DNA from: Eledone cirrhosa
Taxonomy: Eukaryota
NCBI GenBank assembly: GCA_964016885.1
Contig: OZ024743.1
Location: 120,838,001-120,902,000 of the forward strand
Direction: 5' to 3'
DNA length: 64,000 nucleotides
The position numbers and the translations under genes were made by a program. How positions within the stretch are numbered: the first letter of the stretch is position 1; the number at the start of each line of letters is the position of its first letter. Shown here piece by piece: positions 28,397-44,894 of this stretch. The notes beneath the pieces were generated by a model that was not told the origin of the DNA, did not search any database, and worked only from the letters and a program-made list of their open reading frames with translations.

Positions 28397-28700
28397 CAAA
28401 TCCCGCCGAGGTTAACTTTGCTTTTCATCCTTACGGGGTCGATAAAGTAAAGTACCAGTAATGCACTGGGTAATTGCTGGCCTTGTGCCTATATAAGAAA
28501 CCATTACTTATCCAATTGGCAGTATCGGTAGAGGGTCGGACGCTATGCTTTGACGTATAGAGTTACGGCCCTTGCCATTCTGAGTTCAAATCCTGCCGAG
28601 GTTAACTTTGCCTTTCATCCTTATGGGGTTGATAAAATAAAGTACCAGTAATACACTGGGTAATTGCTGGCTTTGTGCTAAAAGTAGAAACAATTATTTA
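28397..28700 (+). mobile_element. Two tandem SINE S1 copies
   Basis: Core and tail present twice; possible TSD TTATTTATC. Confidence 0.82.
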
Positions 28701-29231
28701 TCCAATTGTAAATTCTCTTCATATAAGTGTTAATTTTTTTATGGTTAGGCAGTGCTTATGTGTGTAGATATATAGCTTAGTGAGTGTGTATATGTGCGCG
28801 TCCGAGTGTTTCTGCCTGATCAACTTGAGATAAAATAATCGTGGAGAGGAGATGGATATATATTTATCGAAAAATGTATTAGGGTATGTGTATGTGTGTT
28901 TATGTCTACCCCCCAGGCATGGTTACCGCGACCTTCAGACAACAGGTCCATTGAATTGACGTCAGAGCTAACAGTATATAGCCCTAATCAAATAATTGTT
29001 CGAAATCATCGAGTAACAGATTAAATGTATCTGTCAACGAAGTGACGATTTATTTGTTAGTTATCTGAAAAAACAAATAAAAGCCAGCCAAGTAGATATT
29101 TTGGTTCCGGTTCATTTATTAGTAACTAAGCTAGCATTTAAATTACCTTAAATTACAATCAGGAGTATAGATTTCATTAACGTAAAATATTCACATTTCT
29201 TGGTAACACGGAGTTTGTGGTGGGGATTATA

Positions 29232-30141
29232 CGAGGTGTGTCAGAAAAGTTCCAGGACTGATGTCACAAAAGATTTATTTCAAACTTCACACTAAGAGGT
29301 TTCTCCTTCAAAGTAATCCCCCTGGAGTCTAATGCACTTTTCCATCCTTTTCTGCCACGCTTGCATGCACTCTTTGAAGGATTCTTCCGGGATCCTCTGC
29401 TGTTCCGTCGTCACGGCCTTTTTGATGTCGTCCACGTCTTCAAAACAGGTCCCCTCCGGATCGTACTCAAAGATCCATGACTCATCACCGGTGATGACTG
29501 TCCCTAACAAGTCTGGCTCGGTTTCAAGACGCTCCAGAATGTCCTAGCACACTTGCATGCGTCGACCCTTCTGGTCATCGTTCAGCAGTTTTGGCACCAT
29601 ATTCGCCCAGTCTTTCCGCATGTCCAAATCTTCAGTGAGAATCTTCCAGACGTTGTCCCGATTCATATCCAGCTCATTTGCCATCAGTCGTACAGTCAGC
29701 CGACGATAGCTACGCACCATCTGCCTGACGCGCTCATCGTTGATCTCAGTCCTGGTTGTTGAGGGCCTTCTGCTCCTGGGGTCATCTGTTGAGGGCCTTC
29801 TGCTTCTGGGGTCCACGCGTCCTTCTTTAAATCTCTTGCACCACTAAAACACACGTGAGCGTGACATCGTCTCATCTCCATACACTTGCTGCAGCAATCC
29901 CAGTGCTTCTGACGGAGTTTTCCCCGACCGTACCAGAAACTTCAAGTTTGTTCGCTGCTCTGTGCTCATTGCTTGACGACCTGAAACAGAGGACAAGTAT
30001 ATAAAATTATGAAGAAAAAAGTTTGATTACAGTTACATACTCCAGGGGGATTACTTTGAAGGAGAAAACTCTTAGTGTGAAGTTTGGGTGTGAAATAAAT
30101 CTCTTGTGACATCAGTCCTGGAACTTTTCTGACACACCTCG
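29232..30141 (-). mobile_element. Non-autonomous mariner element (internally deleted transposase)
   Basis: TA-flanked TIRs CGAGGTGTGTCAGAAAAGTTCCAGGACTG; HTH region EQRTNLKFLVR..VYGDETMSR, VPKLL, ITGDESWIFEYDPE fused directly to C-term ..KCIRLQGDYFEG. Confidence 0.92.
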
Positions 30142-31242
30142 TATTTATAGTGAATAGGTGGTTTGGGTGATTTCTATTTATTATGCAATGTAATGAGTCT
30201 ATGTTTATATTGGGTACGTATATGTGTTCCAGCGCGGATCGTAGGGGCTGTCCACGTACAATTAGGTATTGATATTTCTGTAATGGAATGCTAGGATGAG
30301 TGTTGTCGTTTTAATGCCGCTATCGGGAAAATGTTGTAGTACGTACCTATTTAGGAGTAAATGAATGCAGCTGAAGTGTTGGATGTGCAGCTTGGGTAGA
30401 TGCGAGATGAGCTGCTTATGTACTGGTTGCATGTGCTATTATTTTTCTTTTGATAAACGATGGTATGGGTGTTTTGGTGTGACACTGTCAGTTCAAGTGC
30501 TTCATTAAGAGCTAGTTCTTTGTGTATTTCTGGGTGCTAGTGAGGGGTGCTGATGAATTTAGTGTAGAAGTGTTCTCATTTGTGCGTAAGCGCTAGTTCT
30601 GTGTTAATTTCTGGGTGCTATTAGGGTCTGCTATCGAACTCCGCGTGGAATTGTGCTTGTTAGTGCATATGTGCTATGTAGACCTGGATATGTATTTTTC
30701 AGTGTGGATACATAATATTGTGTGCACATGTACTATGATGACATTTGGATAGAGTCTTCAGAACATAAATTGTACGGGCGGCGTCCTCCTGTATAAGGTT
30801 TCGCCTTGGACAAGGTACTCCAATTCAGTTCATAAGGTATGTTGTTGTCGTGGAGATCCCAAATATGGCTAGATAGTGCTGTAACATTTCTCCGCGCCGG
30901 GTTTCGAAAGGTATATTGGTGTTAGTAAAATCTTCTCCTGAATTCACAGGTGGTTAATCCGATATAGGCTTTGTTGGTATGTTCCATCATGACGTTGCAC
31001 TTGTATATGATGTTCCGTTGCCGGCATTTATTGTTTAAAAGACAATGTGTTTGGTTCATGCCTAGATTCTACCTTACCGAGGTCAGAATAGGGTCTATTA
31101 GAGTTGTGTTTGGCAGTGTTTGAGGACGCGATAATTTGTATATAATATGTAGATTCCCCAGTTGTGTCAGGAGCTAGCACAGATTAAAAAGGTGCTCAAT
31201 ACATTGGTAGCATATAGGCACCTATATTATATATAGAAATAA

Positions 31243-31308
31243 CTTCTACAGGACTAGAACGGTTTCTTACGTTCTTACAAATGAAACAGCTCTAGTCCTT
31301 TAGAAGAT
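31243..31308. repeat. Short fold-back, family D
   Basis: CTTCTACAGGACTAGAACGGTTTC..GAAACAGCTCTAGTCCTTTAGAAG; related to 31684-31715, 37050-37090 and 61089-61180. Confidence 0.65.
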
Positions 31309-31324
31309 ATACATATATATCTAT

Positions 31325-31662
31325 AATTATTAGAAATGTAAGCTATCGCCGTATTTTGACTAAAGAAATTAAAGAAATTATTTAGCCTGTATTTTGACTA
31401 AAGAAATTAAAGAAATTATTTAGCCTGTATTTTGACTAGAGAAATTAAAGAAATTATTTAGCCTGATAGTGGGGTTAAGAACCCTCGGAAAATGGAAAAA
31501 GATGAGTATTAACGTCAATACTCATCTTTTTCCATTTCTCCGAGGGTTCTTAACCCCACTATCAGGCTAAATAATTTCTTTAATTTCTTTAGTCAAAATA
31601 CGGCGATAGCTTACATTTCTAATAATTTCAAACCCACTCGCTGTTTCGAAAATATTCTTACA
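31325..31662. mobile_element. Fold-back mini-element with a 38-bp triplication in one arm
   Basis: Inverted arms centred near 31513; 38-nt unit x3 at 31351-31464; tail 31628-31662. Confidence 0.7.
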
Positions 31663-32714
31663 TATATATCTATATATTACTTGTACAGGACTAGAGCTGT
31701 TTCATTCGTATGAAACAATAAAGAAGCGGGTGGACTCGATTTCAAAGAAAAATGTTACTTTTCTCAATTTTCCTCTCAATATATCACAGAGTTACCAATA
31801 CGTTTGATAATGTCAGACCGTGATCTTTCAAGATTTGTTAATCTTCCATCAGAGATACTCACTCAACCCATACTAGCATGGAAATAGCCTAGAATCTATA
31901 TAGAATTTTGCATGATGAACATTTGCTGGAGATGCAGATAATGCAAATGTGGCTGTTTATAATTAATTGGCAGTACCACAAAGACAAAATTTAAGCATAA
32001 TAGTGATGTATACGAGCGTATATAAACGTATACTTTACGTCATTTATATACAATAAACATATGGGTAGCCTCGATATCAAAGAAAGTATTTTATATTGAA
32101 AACCTGATTATGTTCCATTTTCTAATTAGGATTGTTCGTATGTCTTTATTACTTTTTATGTTAAATTTGGAACAGTATCATTCCTAAACCCATGCGTGTA
32201 TGTGCTTAGAAGCCTACACGGTTCCATCTTCAGAATCAAAATCGTCATACTAGTGGCATATTGGCTATTCAGTGGTCATAAAATATCACGGGGATAATAG
32301 GAAATGATAGATGCCCAATTACATTTTCGTATGCTGTATGCCGTCATAATTTTCTAAAATTGCTTTGTGTGAACTTAATATAAAAGTGTAGTGTTATCGA
32401 CTAATATAATCATATCTAATATTTTCGGCTGCAGTGTATGGAAATATGTTGCGATGTTTCATCACACACATATACAGCGTAGTATATTATAGTGTACTAC
32501 GTTACTCTTTGTTGTTACTCTGAGTTTCACAGGCACCAGCTGATTGCGCAAATGGAAATAATCTTTTATATGGTACAGTATATATGACAAATATTATGGG
32601 AATGTCTAACATAATAAACTAGTTAGAATTGACGGTTATGTATAGGAATGTTTAGTTGTTATGAAACACTATGTCAATATTGCTTATAAAATATATGTAT
32701 GTATACACACATAT

Positions 32715-32762
<48 letters not shown>

Positions 32763-32769
<7 letters not shown>

Positions 32770-33012
32770 ATGTAATAAACAACATAAGGCAATTATTCCA
32801 TTTACCAGTGGTTTCTTAAAAGCAAAAGGTTTTGCTTTCAATCCTCAGACCAGTTTCTGAGGATTGAAAGCAAAACCTTTTGCTTTTAAGAAACCACTGG
32901 TAAATGGAATAATTGCCTTATGTTGTTTATTACATAATAATAATAATTAAGCTCTGTTGCATACATAGAGCACTCTTTTTTCCTGGACTTTTCCGATGGA
33001 ATTACTTCATTT

Positions 33013-33013
<1 letters not shown>
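32763..33013. mobile_element. Fold-back mini-element (about 87-bp perfect arms)
   Basis: Arms 32763-32849 / 32856-32942 with a 6-nt loop; contains GAAA-GCAAAACCTTTTGC-TT; tail on the right; TA flanks. Confidence 0.8.
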
Positions 33014-33079
<66 letters not shown>

Positions 33080-33207
33080 GAAATAAACACAGTAAATTCT
33101 GTGTCTAAAATTACGAGGGTAGAGAATACCACAATTGTTTTATATATTTAACCTGAAACATACAGTAAGATATATAATTTTATATACAGACCGTATCAAT
33201 AACCATT

Positions 33208-33308
33208 TTATCTCTCGGACAGATTAGAGATTTAATCTGTTTCGCCCTGGAAACTGAAAATTGTGTTTGTAACAGATAATCCGTAGGCTTTTCGTCAGCG
33301 AGAGATAA
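33208..33308 (-). ncRNA. Type I hammerhead ribozyme motif
   Basis: Minus strand: TTATCTCTCG-CTGACGA-(aaaGCCT..AGGGC)-GAAA-CAGATTA aatctc TAATCTG-TC-CGAGAGATAA; 10-bp stem I, 8-bp stem III. Confidence 0.78.
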
Positions 33309-33373
33309 GATTAAATGAAACAATACACATCTAACAACAACTCACCAGGGTATCAATATGAGTTAATAGCTGT

Positions 33374-33931
33374 GTACCATTGAACCACAAATATTATAAA
33401 CAACTTGCATATTTCTACAAGTACATAGCACCTGTTGAAGTATTCATCCACTTTTATAATTTTTCTCCTTATGTAGAGAACAAAACGTTGAATAATGCTG
33501 CTAATTTTAGTGGCAATATCAACATGTTTATAATAAACAGCTATTATCTGCGACCTGATTTTGCGTGTGTGTCATTTTAACGGCTTGACCGCATGCGTTG
33601 GGCAGGAAGAGAAATATTTACTTACTGTAGGGCTTGCAACCTTATAGTGTGGAAATAGGCTGTCTGAAGATTCATTTCTTTCCATTGGAAATTCTCTGGA
33701 TTTCCAATCTTTTGGAATGATGAAATCGTCGGTAACAGCAATAGAACAGGTGATTATTTAAATCGTTTTTTAATTTATTTAGAGAATTGTTTGATAACCG
33801 CTTGCTCCGCTACTTTTTATATTGTTCTGGTATCTCGAATTAGTACCATTGAACCACACATATTATAAACAACTTGCATATTTCTACAAGTACATACATA
33901 GTACCTGTTGAAGTATTCATCTACTTTTATA
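33374..33931 (+). mobile_element. pLTR/retrozyme-like cassette with about 85-bp direct repeats
   Basis: GTACCATTGAACCACA..CACTTTTATA at about 33374-33458 and 33843-33931; hammerhead between them. Confidence 0.7.
33659..33739 (+). ncRNA. Type I hammerhead ribozyme motif
   Basis: GCTGT-CTGAAGA-tTCATTTC..ATTGGAAAT..ATTTCCAAT..GGAATGAt-GAAA-TCGTCGG-TA-ACAGC. Confidence 0.78.
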
Positions 33932-33949
33932 TATATATATATATATATA

Positions 33950-34692
33950 CGAGGTGGGTCAGAAAAGTTCCAGGACTGATGTCACAAAAGATTTATTTCA
34001 AACCCGAACTTCAGACTAAGAGTGTTCTCCTTCAAAGTAATCCTCGTGGAGTCTAATGCACTTTTCCATCCTTTTCTGCCATGATTCTTCCGGGATCCTC
34101 CGCAGTTCCGTCGTCACGGCTTTTTTGATGTCGTCCACGTCTCCAAAGCGGGTCTCCTCCGGGTCGTACTCGAAGATCCATGACTCAACACCGGTGATGA
34201 CTATCCCTAGCAAGTTTGGTTCGGTTTCAAGACGCTCGAGGATGTCTTGGCACACTTGCATGCGTTGACCGTTCTAGTCATCGTTCAGCAGTTTTGGCAC
34301 CACCTTCGTGCAGACTCTCTCATGTCCAAATCTTCAGTGATAATCTTCCAGACGCTGTCCCGATTCATGCCCAGCGTCCTTCTTTAAACCCCTTGCACCA
34401 CTCAAAAACACCTGAGCGTGATATCGTCTCATCTCCATACACTTGCTGCAGCAATCCCAGTGCTTCTGACGGAGTTTTCAAGTTTGTTCGTTGCTCTGTG
34501 CTCATTGCTTGACGACCTGAAACAAAGGACATGTATATAAAATTATGAAGAAAAAAGTTTGATCGCTGCAGAGAGTTAAGACTACAGTTACAGACTTCAG
34601 GGGTCTTTGAAGGAGAAAACTGTTAGTGTGAAGTTTGGGTTTGAAATAACTCTTTTGTGACATCAGTCCTGGAACTTTTCTGACACACCTCG
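33950..34692 (-). mobile_element. Non-autonomous mariner element, second copy
   Basis: Same TIRs and same YDPE|xTRF deletion junction as 29232-30141; inserted in (TA)n. Confidence 0.9.
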
Positions 34693-34701
34693 TGTATATA
34701 A

Positions 34702-34783
<82 letters not shown>

Positions 34784-34784
34784 T

Positions 34785-35039
34785 GCAGAAAATAAGTTGC
34801 TTATAAGTGGTACCTTCTTGAGGTCCGAGCGATCCTAAGAGATGGTGATTACGAGTGACGGAGTATTCATTTATTTATCAAATAAGAGTAGTTAAGACGG
34901 GGTTATTTCACCATAATTGCTTTATGCAATCATAGGCATCTGATGAAGTCACATGCATAACCATGTAATAGAAATATATATTATGCAATAAAGCAATTAT
35001 GGTGAAATAACCCCAACTTAGCTACTCTTATTTGATAAA
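34785..35039. mobile_element. Fold-back mini-element with central hammerhead
   Basis: Arms 34874-34928 / 34983-35039; tail 34785-34873. Confidence 0.72.
34936..34986 (+). ncRNA. Minimal hammerhead ribozyme motif
   Basis: GCAT-CTGATGA-(..ACATG cataac CATGT..)-GAAA-TATATA-TT-ATGC; palindromic stem III; base of stem II imperfect. Confidence 0.6.
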
Positions 35040-36459
35040 CACACACATACACCCCCTACACATATATATATATATATATATATATAACTGATCTCAGGCG
35101 GTTGCAATGAAACTGTACAGTTCGGAGACACTTTTGTATTCCCACACAAATCCGTTTATCCAGTATGTAACGTATTGTGTCCATTCTGATGTGCATATTA
35201 ATATTTACATCATACGATTGTTCAAGGAGTGAGTGGGAAACCGCTACCCTAGACGATTTTTGATTGTCTGCCTCATTATAATAGTAATTATTATTATATA
35301 TATATATATATGTGTGTGGGGTGGGTGGGTGAGTGTATACTTATATATGTATATATGTATATGAATATATATGTGCGTGCGAGTGTATGTGTCTCCTGAT
35401 TTATCAACCTTTGGTATTTCGCCTGAATTTGGCGTCTATTTTCTCAAGCTATCGTCTCGGTTTTAGTGGTATCGTATCCAAAGCTCACATAACAACTGGG
35501 ATTACTTGATGGTATCAGGTGGTATTAATCACATACAGGCAATTTCGAGTTTCAAATCAGTATATTTCTTTATTTTGTTTAATTTCTTTCAAGGTTATGC
35601 ATTAGTCTCTCAGTCTGATAACATCAACAGTCCGGTATTCAGACAGTTCTTTGCCTATATAGCATCTGTTGCTTTTAACCTCATGGTAGGTTTTGATGCT
35701 GAAATCCCATGATATTTTGGGTTGTCTCTGTCATCGAGGACACATTGTCGGACACATTCAACTACTATGGGACACCTGATATCCATTTTCTTTGTACATT
35801 GACCAGAGTACAAACAGACCCAGTCTTCCTTTCTTTTAGATATATTTTGAGCTAGTACTTTTCTCGATCTGACTATGTTGGGGACACCTTCAGTGTTAAT
35901 TCCCCACTGACGGCATTTCTCCCTTTCACCAAGATAATTACCATCACTGATATCAGCAGAGTTTCCGTATTCCCTTTATAGATCACTACAGGAGAGTTAA
36001 TCCCAAGATTTTTTAGTCTTTAACTCGGATGTTTGTCGCTCAATTTGGTCATGCAATGACTTTCCAACTACTTCTCTTTCTCTACAGAGACTTACATCTT
36101 AAACATTTCTTTACTTTCAATCTTTTACTTTTTTAGGCCCATTACTGTATTTGTATAATTAATTCCGATTTATATTCTATATTTATTTTGTATTCATTTT
36201 AAAATTTTATTGTTGTTAATGATTTTCTATACTACATATTTATTCCACGTTTTCCACACTGCTAGTTTTTATAACCTAAAACATGTGGGCGCAGGTTGGA
36301 TATATATTTGTTCATATCCAAATTTTCTCTCATTTTGAATTCGATACTGCACCTTCATCTATTTCAACCTTGGCCTAGGAAAAACTGAAGTGACCCCTAT
36401 TCGGTCATATAGTGGCCACACGTTTGTCGGGTCTTCTATATCTCCTGCTCACTTAATCT

Positions 36460-36528
<69 letters not shown>

Positions 36529-37116
36529 TATTTTATATTCGGCTTTCTTTCCTTTTCTTTCTTTTATTCTAGCTTTCACCCCATTTCCCACTTTCTTTCT
36601 TTCTCCCGTATTTCTTTTCCTCTCTGTTCCCCTATTTTCCACTCACTGCCAGCTGGTGCCCAACCCACCCAAATGATTACGTGTGTGTACATGCCAACAT
36701 TATTTTGCTCCAGCTGTTTTCTCTTTCCAGTCCTTACTATGTGTTTCACTTCTAACCCTTCTAAAGGGAGTCTCGGTGATCGTCTACATCCCGTCAATTT
36801 GGCATTAAGTGTATACGCATACGGGCGCGCACGCGCACACACACGCGTATATATACATATAAGAGAAACTTAAAATTAAGGAGTGGCACTCCAATTTGAA
36901 CTTGTTTATAGAATTCTTTCTGCCTTTGTCACTCTAAATATAAATTATAGCTTTTAATGAATTCCCTTTTTTTCTGTCAATGACCTCCACCCATCCCACT
37001 CCCCCCTCTCCTACCGCCAGAAAAGATATAAATACCAGCACATTTATTGAGACTTCAAGAATGAAACAGTTCTAGTCATGTAGAATCTCATATATATATA
37101 TATACATATATATATA

Positions 37117-37270
37117 GTGGTGGAACACTGGAAGGTAATATCCGTAGTGGTAGAGCACTCAGTCCAAGGGACGAGTTAGGTAGAAGTGGTTACACAACAG
37201 TTAGTTCACCATACCGAGAACAAATGTTTGTCCTCGGTATGGTGAACTAACTGTTGTGTAACCACTTCTA
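37117..37270. mobile_element. Fold-back mini-element family C
   Basis: Arms 37181-37222 / 37229-37270, tail on the left; homologous to 60147-60343. Confidence 0.78.
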
Positions 37271-37835
37271 TATATATATATATGTGTGTGTGTGAATATA
37301 TATATATATATATTTATATATATACATATATATATAGTGTTCATGTTTGAGGGTTCTATATTGCCATTTCCGCAGTCAAATGATTGGCCATATAATATAA
37401 ATACCAGAAAAGGATGGTTTGTCATAGAAAGTTTTGTGCTAAACAACAGATAACACACGCAGACATAACACCCTTCTCCATTTCTACCAATGGAATCATT
37501 TTTATTTCTATACTGAAGACGATAAACAGCTTTGTTGCACACACACACACACACACGCACACGCATATAACAAAAATATATTTCTCTTTTCTACCCTGCC
37601 ACCACCATCGCCGCCACCACCACTATCGATACAAACACTCAATTTATTTCAATAGAAAGTCTGAATTTTGACACGTCAGCACGACATCAGCCATATTCAC
37701 AGAACCAGAACTATTTCTTCCCCTTTATTTCTAGGAAATAAATAGATATTCTTAAAAAGACTCCAGTTGCATTTTCGATTTCTTATACTTTCACCCGTGT
37801 AGGACCTCTCGTTTTTTAGTAAAAAAAACACATTT

Positions 37836-37883
<48 letters not shown>

Positions 37884-38926
37884 ATGTGTGTGTGCGCGTG
37901 TGTGTGTATGTGTGCGTTTGTTTGTGTGTTTGTGTCCACGTATGTATGAACACAGAAAAATATCTAAATATATTCAAATACATAGTCGTACATATCTGTG
38001 CACAGTGTCCGCATATGTACACAAACTGGCGCGATTGCACAAACAGACCTGTGTATGTGTATGTTCAAACTTCCAACCACAAATACGCACGCGCTGAAAA
38101 ATAGATAAATGAGTTCATACAAGTGTATTCATATGTGTAAATATATATTTAAATATATTCTATCTCCACGGGAATCAACTTAAAGATTAAATTGGTAGAT
38201 ATTCTAAGGCAAATAATAAGATTAGTGACCAGAGGCAAGCTTGTAGTTTACAAATAACATTGAAAATAACATAAATAAGCAAGGAAAGTGTAGTAAATAA
38301 ATAAAAGATTATACATTTAGTAAAGTGGGGTTATTGTTATTTATGATGTATAAACTAAATAAAAGCTAAACATGAAAAGAGCAATATAGAAACATAGATA
38401 ACGCCAACATATATGTAGGGAAAAAAAACAAATGCTAAAAGTAAAAATAAGAATAAACAAATGTAAATAGTAAAGATTAATAAAATGTACGATATCAAAG
38501 ACTAATTTCAATGGACGTGCTGTTATGATACACAAATCCGTGGGTCATGAAGAGATGCATAATAGTTATGAAAATATAAGAAAATCAAAATTAAATACAA
38601 TAAAATTTAATTGAATTTCAATTCAATTACAGTAAAGGGTCTATACATAGTGAAGTGAACGATAAGGCAAGGTGAATATGAAATAAACGCCACGGATAGT
38701 ACATAAATTATATGAAATAACTAAATAAATCATTAAATCTAAATATAAAAATGGAGATAGAATAGGATGGGTGGGGAAGACGTCATATATGAATGATGGA
38801 AATATCACAATGGGGTGAGGATATATGTATGGGAAAGGAGGTGAATTCTTTCTTATCTCCTAAGGAAAATAATACTCTAAAAAAATGAATCACGCACGCG
38901 TACACATATTCAGACTCATACATGCG

Positions 38927-38993
<67 letters not shown>

Positions 38994-39085
38994 AACAGAT
39001 ATATATAAATATATATCAATATATCTGTATTTCTGTCTAACTGTTTAACTATCTATATTTTTCTCTCTCTTCATATATATATATA

Positions 39086-39432
39086 TTAATAAATGGAAAC
39101 TATATTTATAAAACCATAATTATTTTATTATATACATTTCAAGGACAACCAAGGCATACTTGGTGCGCTTTCATCAGATAAAATACAAGATTTGTTTTAT
39201 AAATATTGACATAACCGTGGAAAAACAACCTTGACGCTTGAAAGTTCACCGGATAGTGAACTACCAAGAATGCCTTGGTTGTCCTTGAAATATATATAAT
39301 AAAATAATTATGGTTTTATAAATATAGTTTCCATTTATTAAAATATTGAATATTTACTCGAAACTGTTGAGTGCTTTATGTCAGTTATAAACTTTTAAGC
39401 TTGTTGGAATCGCAAAAATTAAATATAACTTC

Positions 39433-39435
<3 letters not shown>
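39086..39435. mobile_element. Fold-back mini-element family E, copy 2
   Basis: Arms about 39086-39165 / 39263-39341; tail 39345-39435. Confidence 0.78.
39121..39185 (-). ncRNA. Minimal type I hammerhead ribozyme motif
   Basis: Minus strand: TATTTTAT-CTGATGA-AAG..ACCAAG tatgc CTTGGT..CTT-GAAA-TGTATA-TA-ATAAAATA; 8-bp stem I. Confidence 0.8.
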
Positions 39436-39505
<70 letters not shown>

Positions 39506-39507
<2 letters not shown>

Positions 39508-39700
39508 CGAAGGAAATGTGGTAAGGAACCAGGTGGACCATAACGCACCAAAGTACTCAATACTTGGGGTAGTAGAGTGGGTAATAGGAACCAGTAAGAC
39601 CCCGACGGCTGAGCTCAAGCCGTTTCGACGGCTAATTCTGGACGCGTCCAGATTTAGCCGTCGAAACGGCTTGAGCTCAGCCGTCGGGGTTTTACTGGTT

Positions 39701-39704
<4 letters not shown>
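39506..39704. mobile_element. Fold-back mini-element family A, copy 4
   Basis: Palindrome centred on TGGACGCGTCCA 39639-39650; tail on the left; TA flanks. Confidence 0.8.
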
Positions 39705-39785
<81 letters not shown>

Positions 39786-40137
39786 ATATATGTATATATA
39801 TATATATTTAATGATCAGAAAACGATGGAATTTATTTCAAAGCTACATGTGTTCAGTGATCCTTACAGATGATTCAATATACCAAACCTGTATTTGTTGT
39901 TTAAGCAAGAGGGGGGGGGGGTGTCCACGAAGCTCTTCATGGCTTCCAACGCTTATGGCAGGGGTCCGGAAAGTTATCCTCAAACTAGAAAAAGAATTTG
40001 AATATGTAAATCAGAGTCGACTCCATTAAAGACACCAAAGTGGTAGGTGGGGATATTATAGCAACTGACGGATTAAGCCAACCTCAACTAAGCATCCACT
40101 TAATCCTCTAACACGCCCCAGCAACGCTGCCCAATCC

Positions 40138-43826
<3,689 letters not shown>

Positions 43827-44149
43827 GTGTGCAGTATATGTGTATTAGGTTCCCGCTCGAAAGTGAGGGTGGGGTGTGTATATATATATACATATATATT
43901 TAATGGCTGCCCCCTCGTTATCGAGTATGGCCATTGCACGATATAACATTATTAATAATTATTAATTAATTCTATCATGCAATGCCTTTGCGCGAAGATA
44001 TTCTTTAAAGTGAGGAAAGACTGTGCACTGAGCCAATCCCACTCTCTGTACGATAGTAGCTATAACGCGAAAAGAAGCAAAGATCAACATCATCGCTAAC
44101 TACTGAGCCGCAGGTTTTATATCGGAGTTATCCCAGTATATATATATAT

Positions 44150-44190
<41 letters not shown>

Positions 44191-44198
44191 TGAGAGAG

Positions 44199-44276
<78 letters not shown>

Positions 44277-44277
44277 C

Positions 44278-44319
<42 letters not shown>

Positions 44320-44367
44320 AGATAGAGAGATAGATAGATAGTCACTGAAAGAGAGAGGGGAGAGAGT

Positions 44368-44436
<69 letters not shown>

Positions 44437-44894
44437 TGAGGAAGAGAAAAAGAGATTGAGAAGAGTGTTTTACTTTGCTTCAAGCAGTATAGAACATGTA
44501 GATAGGAAAGATGTTTTAGAGTAGGTTATACCAATAAGATAAATATTAAATTTAATAACCCTTAAAATGATACTTAAGTTTTAGTTCTAAAATATTCAAT
44601 CTTCCTTATATGTTTCGGCTAAAATAACAGGTATCAAAAGTGTTAAGAGTACAGCGGATATATAGGATCATTATATATCCATTAAAGCGCATTCCCGAAT
44701 TACTAAAAGGAAATAATAGACCAAGTTGCATGAAAGAAATGGTAGCTTCACATGACCATGGTGTGGAGATATTGGTGGGAGGAAATCGGTTCAAGTGATA
44801 TAATGGGATTCATTGCGACTATAAGGAGATAAGATAAAAGAAAGAGGGAAAGAAAAATATAGAGGGAAAGGAAAAGATAGAGGAAAAAAGAGAA

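Larger units (their letters stand above)
28193..31230 (-). mobile_element. Decayed Penelope-like element (GIY-YIG C-term plus pLTR) with nested SINEs and mariner
   Basis: 30740-30890 minus strand reads TALSSHIWDLHDNNIPYELNWSTLSKAKPYTGGRRPYNLC, parallel to the GIY-YIG C-term at 42781-42920; family-A-like end at 28193-28300; boundaries approximate. Confidence 0.6.

Noticed and set aside
31461-31495. CTGATAG..GAAA hammerhead
   Set aside because: Core is non-canonical and there is no stem I/III pairing
43900-44135. Possible snRNA or ribozyme-like GC-richer insert
   Set aside because: Does not fit U6 or HDV folds by eye; probably a repeat fragment
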